Shown piece after piece: positions 49,910-62,200 of a DNA stretch of 64,000 nt. This DNA comes from Amoebophrya sp. A120 (taxonomy: Eukaryota > Protista > Dinoflagellata): the NCBI GenBank assembly GCA_905178155.1, contig CAJINV010000016.1, positions 1,749,102 to 1,813,101 on the forward strand. Reading direction: 5' to 3'. The position numbers were made by a program, and so were the translations under genes. Within the stretch, counting starts at the first letter, position 1; every line of letters starts with the position of its first letter. The notes beneath the pieces are model-generated. The model had not been told where the DNA came from. It did no database searches and worked only from the letters and a program-made list of their open reading frames with translations.

Positions 49910-52900
49910 CTACTTCTCCTTTTTACTAGTACCCTCGAACATGGAGTCCCTCAGGGTCAGCGAGGACAGGCCATTTCTGCTTGCCGAGCGTTCTTTTGCG
50001 CTGAAAGGCTCCTGCATAGAAGTCTTCACATCTTCATCACGCGGCTTGGGCTCCTGATTCTGAATGTAGTCTTCCAAAATTTGTTGACTCGGTTTACTGC
50101 CTCCTTCTTGAAAGTTTGGCTGCTGTTCGTGGTGACGACCCCCTGCTGCTGCTGCGAGCAGTTCTTCTGCAACTGCTCGATGCAAAGCCAAAGCCTGGAT
50201 TGCGTTGCTGCTCATTGTGTCTGAGTTCTTCTTAAAAACTTTCTTGACCTTCCCCTTCGCCCCGCGCCACAAGTTCCTCATTTTTTGTTTTGCCGTCAGC
50301 TTCAAACTTCGCACGATTTCATCTGCCCTTCGAGTTTGTTGTTCTCGGATTTCCTCTTGATGAGCCATAGCATTAGCAGCCGCGGCGGCCGCTTCTTGTT
50401 CATCGCGAGCTTTTTTTTCCTCTTCGAGACTGCTTGACAGTTGGAAGACCGATTTCTGGAACTGCGAGGCTGGGTAGAAATTCAACATTTCGGAACCTGC
50501 TGCGACTGCAGCAGTAGTTCCTGTTCCTTCTAAATACCGCTGCTCCTCAATCTCCCACTCTTGCAGCACGTGGATGGCGACATCGGTGAAAACGTTGTTC
50601 GCAGGTGGATTTGAGGACCGTCCAAATAATCCCGAAACTCGTCGTCCTTGCGAAGTGGTTCTCCTAGTAAAATAAACCAGGTCCTCCAGATCCTTGTGCC
50701 GGGCGAGAAAATTCGTTCCACAAGCTTCGCTCTGCTGTTTCAACGCCTCGTATAGGACTGCTTTCGTCAGCAAGGTTCGATCCTCGTCGGTGTCGCGCAT
50801 AACGTCTCGTCGCGCCTGCTGTCGTGGATTCCTGAGAAGACTAAAGCCAGTATCGTCGCGGTCTGTTCTCCTGCCAAGAGGGACCACTTGCACCTTCGGC
50901 GGGAGGAAAACCCGGGTAACCGCGTCCAACACGAAATTGCACAGGTTTAATTCTCGTTCTTTGCTATTTATTCTACCGTGTACAAGAACCCCTCCTGTGG
51001 GAGGTAGTACAACGGAGGGCGGATGAATCGGCTGCTGCCTAGTACAACTGGCAGTAGAAGTTAAAAGCGAAGCGCCAACGACAGGAGGAGGTGGTTGTCC
51101 AGTCATAGTTCCTGTGTAGTACGATGGTTCTTGTCCAGCTGCACTCAGATGACTTGTTGGCTCAGTAGGCTCGTCGTCAAAGACGATCCCAGCTTCGATT
51201 TTTTCTCGCAGCCGGTTCTGGATCTGCTTTCGCGTGGTCAACCGACGAGAGGCAACAAGCCGCTGCATTTGGGAGGTGGACATGGTCGCACTACTACTTC
51301 TACACAGCCTTGTTGATGAGCTAGTAGGTGGTTGTGCTCCTATCGCAGAGTTGTCGTTTCCAGCAGCTGCAGCTCGGGGCGGCCGCCCCGGTGGAGGAGG
51401 AGGGATTAGTTCTAGCGCTGCACTACCGTTAGGAGCTCCTGAGGAACTTGGTGTTCCCGAAGCAGGAGTAGGTCGAGAACTTCTGATAGCACCACTCGTC
51501 GCCCTAGTATGAGATTCCTGAGTAGAACTACAAGGTCTTGACGTAGTACTACCACTTCTCTCCACTTCTCGCGACGACGATGTCGACGACCCAGCATCAT
51601 CATGAGAAGAACTCTCGCCGAACATCCACCACAAATCGTTTTTCTCCACGACAAAATCATCCCGTACTTTCCAGGGCTTATTGTACAGTTCCAGCAAATG
51701 CGCCAGCTTCGGCAGCACGGCCTGATACAGCACGTCCAGCACAAATTTCCCGAACAGCCTCGGCCGAAAAGGAAAAGACGGCACCGGTCGGTAGTTGTTG
51801 CGGCGCTGTCGGTCCCGCCGGGCTCGGAGGTCCGCCGGGAGGTCGTCCGCGATTTCGCCGAAAACGCCGACGAAGTCCAGGAATTTCATTTTCCCGCCGT
51901 GTAAAACATGCCGGAAATCGTGGAGATTCGACTTCGTGTATTCCAGTAAACTTTTCAAAACCTCCTCCCTTTTCGCGGAAACATCAACATGTGCTTCTCG
52001 TGCATCCGGAGGCAGGGCATGCACTCGCTGCATCTCCTCCTCACTATCTCTATCTGATGTGTCAACATCTTCATCATCTTCTCTAGCATGATCACTTCTG
52101 TCCTCATCGCTGCTGGTCGTGTCGATGTCCGCTGAGCCGATGTACCGCTTTTGCCACGCGATTTCCATAGTCTCCGCGTACCCCAGCAGAGACGCGAATT
52201 TGTCCGTCGGCTTCACCGGGATGATTGGATAGTTGGCGTAGAAAACTTTCTCGCTCATCGGGTTTTCTAGGGCCTGCGTCGGTCTACTGTGCAAAAGGAG
52301 ACTTCGCTTCTTTTCAACACCATCTTGATCTCGTCCATATTGCGCGGCCGGAAACAAGATCCAGTTCGTCTTCGGGTCTGTGATCCGGTCTGCGATGCTG
52401 AAAACCAAGTTTTTCCTCTGTCGAAACTTGTCCCAGTACCAATTAATATCCCGGATCAAATCGTAGGACTCCCGGGTGGGCAACACAATGCCAGCGTTCA
52501 GCGACGTATCGTTGTCCCTGTGATCCCGCAGCCCGTACTGGATCCCGACCAAAAGCTTCTTCTGAATCTCGCCCTTGATGTTGTAATCCGTGTGAATGTA
52601 GGTCATCTCCTTGAGTAGCAATTTCGTCACGAACTCGCTGTTGTAAGAGGGCAGTAGCTATCAAATGCAAAAATGTCTGGGTCTCTCTGGAAGAATGCGC
52701 GATTTGTCATGCTGCTTTTCCATGACCCATGAGGTCTGGAATGCAGGACCTAGCATGACAGATTCTGCGAGACCTTTCTCATGCCTATCCTGCATGAGAA
52801 ACTCCCTCCCGACATGGTCAAAACTGGACGACTTTTGGTAATCGTGCAACACAGATTTTTGCATGCTGCAGATTTAGCATGACATGTTGCAATCTTCCAG

Positions 52901-55900
52901 ACCCAGACATTTTTACATTTCATAGTAGCTTCTCCGCCAGCACGTCGAAAAAGTTTTTCGTGAACGCGTGTTGGTTATTGCAAGGAAAAATCCCCCCTCC
53001 TCATATCAAAACGAAATTTCTGATGCTAGGTTTGTCTACACCAAGCAGCGTTGTATTGCAGGAAGGCACTGCGGCCAGATCCCAAGGCCAGGTAGGGGCG
53101 TATGGGTCTAGTTGTTCAGCATGGCAAACGGCTCCCCTTTAAGCCCAACAGCATGACAAACCGCTTCCATGATGGGGCGGAAGCTTCTGCCCTTGTCGTC
53201 TTGCAAGACACATGTGATTTGTGACCTCAAATCAGCAACACAAATTTTCGGAAACATAACTTTTCAATATGGGGAGGGGGATTTTTCATTTTTATATTGG
53301 TTCCGCAGCCGAATTCCGTGTTGCCACACGTGGTACCGCAGTTGCAGAAACTTGTAGTCGGAATTTATTACGATGTCGCGGCCCGCCTCGTCCTCTGTAC
53401 CAGTAGAAAGCGAGCTCGTAGCTGGTTTGTAGGGAAACCGGAACCGCAACCCCAGGCCGTTTTCCCAATTCAGCAAGTCTTTCTCGTCTCGCGACAGCTC
53501 GTCGTTCTCGTACCGGGCGTAGATAATCATGCGGTGCACGACCGCCAGATAGGCTTTTAGGTACAGGGCGGGGAGGAAGGTGGAAAATTTGTTATCCCGG
53601 TCGTAGAAAAACTCGTGTCTGATCACATCTTTGTTCACCAACTTGTATGCACTGCAAAAATGTCTGGGTCTGGAAACTTGTAATGCTGATTTGTGAATAG
53701 TGAATTTTCTGTAATGCACAGTCAACATGAGAAATTTTTACGCGGCTTAGTGTTGCGCTTTCCGCATGCCAAACTGCGTTTTGCATGACAAGCAAGGGGG
53801 TCTCTTCTTGGACACGCATCACAAACTCTTCAGTCATGCCAGACAAGCATGACAAACCTTGCATCCTTCCAGACCCAGACATATTTGCAATGCATAACTT
53901 GTGCCCCTTAACTAAGTCATCCAATTGCGCGGAGTGGAGCCCGGTCCGTAGCACGGCTTCGTAGTAGGGCGGCAGGTCACGGACGTCGGGCGGAGGTTCC
54001 GATCCCTGGCCGGGAAGATATCCTGAGTAAAAACGTCCCCACCCCATAGTTGTCATGCAATTCTGCATGCTGAAGATGTTTGTCATGCGGAGCCCCATGA
54101 GAAGCATTTTCTGATCGTGTTTCGGGATTTGTTATGCTCCAATCAGCATGATGTGCTAGATTTGTGATGCTAGTGAACCAGCTAAACAGGATTACACTCT
54201 GAGCCCAAATTTGTCATGCGCAACAACCAAGCCTTGTGGATCTGACTAACAGATTTCCCATCTTGACTATGGGGTGGGGACGTTTTTACGCAGAATAGAA
54301 GATGCACAGGGTCTACCTCAAAATCTTCGGGAAACCAGTCGTCTCCCTCGCGGTTGCGCTCCTTTTTGCTGCTCCGGTTGTTCAAAACAGCGTACAAGCT
54401 GTAGTCATCCGTTATCAAATGTAAAAATGTCTGGGTCTGGAAGATTAGAACTTGTCATGCTAAATCTGAATGATGCAAAAATCTGTGTTGCGTGAGTGCC
54501 AAAAGCTGTCCGCTTTTGACCAAGTTGAGAGGGAGTTTCTCATGCAGGAAAGGCATGATAGAGACCTCAAAGAATCTGTCATGCTGGGTCTCGCATTCCA
54601 GACCTCATGGGTCGTGGAAAACCTGCATCACAAATCTTGCATTTTTCCAGACCCAGACATTTTTGCATTTGATATCCGTGAAAATGTCCGTGAACCCGCG
54701 GCAGGCCTTCAGGAAAAAAACGGGCAGCGCCTCCCACAGGTAGCGCACCAGCAGCGGGAAGTAGTACTGGAGGTACAGCATGCGGCCCAGGATTAAAGCC
54801 AACCGCGTCGGCATCTTCTTAAAGGACACCCAGCCGTGGCGCTTGCTGGCGAATTCCTGGTGCGCGTCTTTCAGAACGAAGGACCTGCGAAACTGAGTGT
54901 CCTGGTTAAAGTGCAGCTCTTCGGGCGTGTAGTCTCCAAGTTTGTCCAGTCGGTGCGCAAACTTGAGCCAGTCCCGGTACCAGAGAGCGAAGTGATGTTT
55001 TTTCCGGTTGTTCTGGTTGATGATGTTGACATCTTCAGGAGTGCTGACCGTACTAACACTCTGCTGGCGAGAAGAAGCTGGAAGATCTTCGCTCGAAGCA
55101 GGGGGAAGATCGTTTTTTTCTTTGAAAACGTCAGGTGTTGGGCCGTCGTCAAACAAGAAACTATTGGCCGAAGCAGGATCATGTTGAGCTGGTGCCCCCT
55201 CTTGGTTCTTGCTTTTCCTTTCAACATTTCCTCCTCCTACAAGTTTTTGTTCCGCAGGCAGCTCCGTGGTCCTGAAAATGTCCAGCAGCAACCCTTTTCC
55301 GAACGGAAACGACAACTCCTCGTCTTTCCACAACAAATAGGGCACAAAAGGAAGTTCCCCGGCACGCAAAAGTTCTTTCTTGATATCCTCTTCCATTTCG
55401 TTTCTCAACGTATCTTCGGGTCGGAAGGAGGTTCTTCTTGTTCCGCCTTGGGCTTGTCTTGTTCTCCTTTCCTCATTTCTACCGGTGATTTCGTCGACCC
55501 AATCCTGCTGCATCACCCAGTGGTTCCCGCTCAGGGAGGAGGGGGGAGTCATTTCCTCCGACGTGCTCCCTTGATTTTCGCCATTCGATGTTCTTGATGA
55601 CCTTCGGGCTGCTGAGGGTCCTCGTGCTTGTTGCTCCCTCGTAGAAGTTCTTGTAGTACTTCTGCCAGAAGCACTTGTGGAAGTACTAAAATGAATATCA
55701 CCTCCGAACGTTTTCTCCGGTAGCATGCGGTGAGCAAAGAACATCTTCACCAAACTGCTGTCGTTCATACCCGATGGGTTTCCGTTATTCATCTCGGGAA
55801 TATCATCATTTTTCTCCGCAGGGCTCAAAAACACTGTCGGATCTGTCCGCATGTCTAGGTCGGAGACGGTTGCCAACTCCAACGCCGCCGTGTAAATCAA

Positions 55901-58048
55901 AACGGTGAACTCGATGAGGTAGCGATGCCGTAGATCGTTACTGTACTTGAACTGAATCTCCCGGTCTGACAGTGTGAACTCGCCTTTATTTTTTCCGTGT
56001 TCTTGTGCGGTTCTTTTGTCCAAATATTTCTCCTGCAGTACTTTCCACGGTGAAGGTGATGTTGCAGTCCTCTCCTGTGTCGAAGAGGACGGGTCAGCAG
56101 AATCAGCTCCTGTAGATGTATTAACACCTTTATTTCTATCCTGGTCGACGACGTGCATCGTCATCCCTTCTTGTTCGTCTTTTTCCAAAAACAGCTTCGC
56201 TCTTTCGGTCAAGATCCTTTGTCGCAACCCCACGCGGACAAACTGCGGCAACTGTCCGAACTGCTTCGCGAAGATGAAGGGAAACGTCGGGTTTTTGTCC
56301 AGCTGGTCGCAGTTTTCGAACAGTTTCTGCTCCTGTTTGGACACAAACTCCCTTTTGTTCAGCAACCCCAGTGCCGCCGCGTTGGACTTTTTATCCAGCG
56401 TCGCTAAAGGCAGCGTCGTTTGCGATACCGCCGGCTGGTGCTCCGGGTTGTTGATCTCGAAAACTGACTGGGTGCGTAGAATATCGAACACGTCGGCTAG
56501 CTTCTCCTTTGGATACTGCTGCTGTTTTGTTGTAGTTCTGCTAGTAAAAACTGCAGAAGTTGTACTCGTCGTTTTCATCTTCCCTGAACTTTCTCTATCT
56601 GCAATTCTTCTTCCTGGCGATCTCGACGTGGTCGCAGCTGCTCTGGTTGTATCATTCATTGGCTTATTTCTACTTCCGGAGGTACTATGATGAACATGTC
56701 TAATGTTCATCATTTCGACCTGCTTTTTATTTATTCCATTTATTTTCATTTTTCGCGCGAGGTAGCTCCGTCTTGTTGGTGCCCTATTTCTCATTCCAAT
56801 AAACGCGGTCGACCCCCCCGTCGGTCGCTTACGCAGAGCGTCTTCTTGCTCCAGCTTTTCCGCCGCTTCTACAATGGCCTTATCGAACCTCCGCACGCTA
56901 CTCGGCGACTCGGAGACCATGTCGCGCGGGTTTCTTCTGGAAGTGGTGGTGGTCTTCAACCACTTTCTCGTCTCAGGGACAGATAATTTTCTCGTTCTGG
57001 AGGACGAGGTACTAGCGCGCTGCCGATGCCCAGCTCCTGCTCGTGAAGATCCAGCAGGAGGAGCGGCCGCTTGTTCAACATGATCTCGGTCGTCCTCTCG
57101 AACAAGAAGAAACCCTTGCCCACCTAGCCCTTCTTCCGCAATCATTTCCTCGCTGTCGCTCCCGTCACTATCCAAATAGGTCCAGTCATTGAGCCAGGCT
57201 TTTTCTTCGCTTGGACTTCGCTCTTTTGCTCGATCAGCGACCTGATTGTCGGAGGTTGATGCGGCAGCAGAGGAGAAGAAACCCAGACCCCCGCCTGCTG
57301 CAACAGCAGGTCTAGCAGTTCTTGCCTCGTGCACCGCTTGGTCTACTCGGGACGAGTCATGATCATCAACATCTACCTTTATGGACGACGAGGATCTGAT
57401 GGTGGGCAGCACTAGCTTATGCGAGGTAGACGAGTTCGTCGTGGCTTCAGCGGCGATGTCGTGAAAATCCCCCGCGGCGGTCTGTTGGTTCGAAATGGCG
57501 TCCCCCGAGGTTTCGCGGGACACGATCTCAGGCGGATGTTGAACGGAAGACGAAGGAAAAGACGGCGGCGAGTTGTTCCTACTCGCGGCACTGGTATAAT
57601 AGGAAGTAGGTGCACGACCCGTGTGGATCGGGCGCACACCGCTTTCATCATCATCTCCACCAGTGTGCGGTGCGTCGATTCCAAGCTTTTCCAATTTCGA
57701 TGCGAGCTCCGCCTCCTCTCCTGAAACGCTCCTGTCGGTAAATAATGCCGCAACATCGCTTTCCTGTTGGCCGAGCGAAAGAGTTCTTGCGGTTGCGCCA
57801 GAATTATCGCGAAAGAGTTCTTGCACCGGAGTAAAAACTGCCTCAGTGAACACACGCCGGGCAGCGACGCAATTATCCACCCTACTGCCCCCGGTCGTCG
57901 CACACGCAAGAACCAGAAGCGTCGAAGCGCTGGCCGTGCGCTTCAGCAATTTTGCTCTTTTATCCCGGCCCTTCATCTTCTGCGCCTGCGCCTCGCAGCT
58001 CGAAGGAGGTTGGCAATAACTTGCACGGGTACTTCTAGAAGTCGTCAT
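49910..58048 (-). CDS. Very large hypothetical protein (more than 2000 aa, possibly secreted), split by 5 introners
   Basis: 1147-aa and 906-aa ORFs bridged by four short exons between introners; hydrophobic STLLVLACA near the N-terminus. Confidence 0.75.
52659..52924. mobile_element. Introner family A
   Basis: TIRs, DR GTAGC. Confidence 0.92.
52976..53296. mobile_element. Introner family E
   Basis: TIRs, DR TTGGT. Confidence 0.9.
53646..53896. mobile_element. Introner family A
   Basis: TIRs, DR ACTTG. Confidence 0.92.
54019..54297. mobile_element. Introner family F
   Basis: TIRs, DR GAAGA. Confidence 0.92.
54413..54674. mobile_element. Introner family A
   Basis: TIRs, DR TCCGT. Confidence 0.92.
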
Positions 58049-59277
58049 TTTTCCTTTTCGATCCGTAATCTGGTTTTAGTTTTGCTAATGCTATAAGTAT
58101 TCCACAATATTTTACAAGATATTTCTATATACACAGGCTGTATGTATCGTCCTTCTCAACTAGAAGAGATAATTCAAAATTTGGTAGACGAACACAGAAA
58201 AGTCAAAAAATGGTGCCTTAGTTCAGGTGGTCTGCGCAACACCACGCAGTGATATTTCGTTTTTCTGTACAAGTCAACAAAAGAGTCTATGTGTCGTGAA
58301 AGAAAGCTAACTTTAGAAGCGGAGATCTTGATCTATAGTTGTAAAAAGAGTTCAATATCTTCACAATTAGGATAGGTTACATTCGTCGTGTGCCGATGAA
58401 AGAAGCGACCGATCATCGAACGGAATCGCGTGCTACCCTGTTCCGAAAATTGTTGCGTACAAGACAATAATATGGCAGGGGACACCGTGCTGCCAGGAGG
58501 TCAAAAACTTACTAGTAGGACCATGCTACACTACAGTTCTTGCACCTCGTTTTGTTCTTCAAAACGACAGGACCAAGCATTCAGACGGATCTTCCACCGG
58601 ATCAAGCTCCTGAGCTTCAGACGATCATCTTGGTTTTTTGTGTCGCGTTTAGTACCTATGCAATTTTCATATTTCCTTGACAAATTCCATCGTCTAGACC
58701 GGATCTCGATGGTCATCTTCTCGGGGTGTTCATGTGAGCCTTGAAGTTTTCAACCAGAGCCACATCGATCTTTTTCTCATTTCTCTCCTCCTCGGATTCG
58801 GAATAAATAATGGTCCAGATGATGAACCAGAAGTTAGAACTTATGCCTCGACATTAATATTGCCACTTCTTTGCGGATGAAATTTACACCCAAGCAAGTG
58901 TCGTCCCACCTGCTTTGGTGTGTAAGTCTTGTGAGATGAAGAACGGAACTGCATCAAGGATCCGGTTGGTTCGGTCCAGAAAATTTTCATCAAACACTAT
59001 AGTACACTTGCATTTGTATAGTGATGAATTGGACGGGTGCATTTTCCGCCATCACCGATGCGTGCTAGAAGCACGCGCTCTCAATTTTTGCCGCGCTGTT
59101 GACTTCAACCGCGTTTCCTTCTTGAGGAGAGAATATATCAAATTCAGATAGAAGTCGACGGAGAAAAGTTGTAAAGTGGATTCTCCTTGTCTGCTCCACC
59201 GCTCGAAGAGCTTCAAGGTCTTCGAGTCGTGGTCTGCTTTTTTTTCCCTCTTGTAAAAGTAAATGAACGCTCATCGC

Positions 59278-62200
59278 TCACGTATCCCCCATGTCCACAT
59301 CGTCGTCTCCACCAACTCCAGCACGCAATTCTGCGTTTTCCTCCTCATCAGCCGACTGCGCGTCATCGTCCGATGGTGTCTGCATTTCGTGATCCTCATC
59401 TTCGCTCACGACGTTCTGATCGTTTCCCTGCTCCTGCTCGGCTTGCTCCTCGTCGGCCTCCTCGTTGTCCCGGATTTCCTGAAAAATATCGCGCATGCGG
59501 TCATTCGTGATGTCCCCGCTGAACAGAATCCCCCGCAACCGCCCGATCTGTCCCTTCCACTTGAGGTAAAGTTTTCCCGGAAAGATTTCCGACTTCTCAT
59601 TCACGTCTTTTTTCCCCGAAAACTCCGAGTGCGGCAAATCCAGGGTGATGACGTCGTGGAAATATGGATTGCAAAAATGTCTGGGTCTGGAAACCTGTAA
59701 TGCTGCGCTGGGAATAATGAATGCTCTGTAATGCACAGCCAAGCATGAGAAATATCTGCGCTTCTTTGTGTTGCGTTTTTCGCATGACAAACTGCGTTTT
59801 TGCATGACAACCAAAAGGGTCTCTTCTTGGACACGCATCGCAAACTTTATTTTGGTCATGCCAGACAAGCATGACAAATCTCGCATTCTTCCAGACCCAG
59901 ACATTTTTGCAATGCATAGGAAATATTCCCCGACGAAATACCGACTACCACCGAACACGAAGATCTGCCCCGTCGTCGGGACAAAACACGCCGCGAAGTG
60001 CGAGCGGCGCAGGGATTTAGTATCACACGACCGGTGGAAGATGGTTTCCATTTTTTCCGAACTGGTCCACTGTTTGGTGACCGTGTCGAACACGAACGCG
60101 TTTCTTGCCAAATCCGAGTACCAGCAGGGCCACCCGGTCTCTTCCGATTCGTCCATCAACTTTTGAAACGTGATCCCCTCCTCGCCGATGTATCGCGAGG
60201 AAAAATGCCCCCACCCCCAAAGTTGCAAAAATCTGTGATGCGAAGTGTTCAAATGAAAAATTTTTGTCATGCATGAAAGGAGTATGAACCTTTCTGATGC
60301 AGAGCCTAGGCGTGTGTCGCATCGCTTGCATGACAAGCGCCGCTCTTGCTGGTATGTTTTGCAATACACGATCGGAAATCTGTGATGCTGATAGATGCAA
60401 GCGGGCGGATGTTTCATTTGGAAAGGTTTGCAATACAAATGCTCTCACGTTTGGGGGTGGGGGCATTTTTCCTTTCAATACGATGTTCTGCGGCTTCGTA
60501 CCGCCGAAGTAGAGCAGTTCCCGGCCGGTAGCAACCAGCTGCCCGGCGGTCACCCAGTCGGGGTACGTGAGGTCCGGCACCAGGCGGCCGAACGCGCTGT
60601 TGAAGAAGTTTCGGAAGCGGCTTGTCGTGGTAGGTTGCTGTTGCGCGGAAGCTCCTGTAGACCCTGCGGTCGCGCCAGAACCGCGCCCATTTTCTATTTG
60701 CGCCCCAGCTGATGTTCTTGATGTTGTACTACTACTTCTCTCATCCCCGGCCGGAAACAGCCGGTCGGTCGTTGGGGTAAGCGAAATCTTCTCCCAGATG
60801 TACACTGGTCCTGCGCCCTCAGTAGACACTTCGTCGCTCATCGTCATCTTCCCTGGAGCAGGTCGTGCCTCGAAAGTGCTGCTGCTGGTGTAGTTGTAGT
60901 AGTCGTAGTGGTCGTCCTCTCCGTGGTCTACAACTTCGCCAAAATTACTGTTAAAACCCGAACTACCAGTAGAAGTCGCAGCTCCTGCACTACTGCTCTG
61001 TGAAAGTTGTCCACCACCTCGGTTCCTATAATTTGATGCCAAATGCAAACAGTACAAGTCCTGATACTGGCGCACCGTCTCTTCCGAATTTGTTTTTTTG
61101 AAGTCCCTATCAACTGCAAAAATGTCTGGGTCTGGAAGGTTCTGAGACCTGTCATGCATGTTTTGCATGACCCAGCATGTCTGTAATGCACGACCTAGCA
61201 TCACTAATTTTTAGAGGGTTTCCTGATGCCTACTCCGCATGACAAAAGCCCTCCCCGCGTAGCACAAACTCGACTCCTCTTGCTGGTCATGCAATACAGA
61301 CTATTTTAGAGTCCAAAGTTAGCATCACAAGTTTTAACCTTCCAGACCCAGACACTTTTGCATTTGATAGTCCCACAAGCTCCCCCCGGTGATCAGCCAC
61401 CTCCCGTTCGTCGCTTCCGTCGAAGCGTACCATACTCGCGGCGCCGGGATGTCTCCGGCCTGCTGTTCCTTCTTCCATTGCTTCGTCAACAGGTTGAAGC
61501 TCCACAGGTCGTTCCTGCACCCGTTGTCGCGCGTGAGAGTTCCGTCTGCCTGGGCAATTCTGTTGTTCCCGATTGTCAGCTCGCGTCCGCCGAAAATGAA
61601 AAATTTGTCCCGGAACACCGTCCCACGCTGGCCTTGCCGCGGCTTCGGGAAATCTTCGCCCGGAATGCCCTGCGGCTGACACGGGCTGAGGTTCGGCTGG
61701 AACGACACGGACCCGCTGCCATTCGCCCTCCGGAGGGCAGCTTGCTCTGCAGAAGTTGCACCAGAGCGAGCATTGCGGTTAATGCCAGTAAAAGCTGGTT
61801 GGTTGTTCACCTCCGTGGTTGTAATTCCCCATAATCTCTCCCATCTTTTTTCCCGAATATCGAACACGCTGACGCAGTTGTTGATCTTCGATTGGTCAAT
61901 CGGACTGCCGCCGCCGATATCAAATGCAAAAATGTCTGGGTCTGGAAGAATGCATGTTTGTCATGCTTGTCTGGCAGGACTCTTAAATCTGTCATGAACG
62001 TTGCCCAACAAGAGCCCCGCTTTTCTGTCATGCAGAAACGCAGTCTGTCATGCAGAATAGGCAACACCTAGAGGCTCCAAAACTTGTCATGCTGGGCCAG
62101 CACTTGTGGCCTCCTGATGATACGCCACCCAGCATCACAAATTTCCCGACCCAGACATATTTGCATTTGATAGCCGAAAAACACCACCTTCCCGCGCCAC

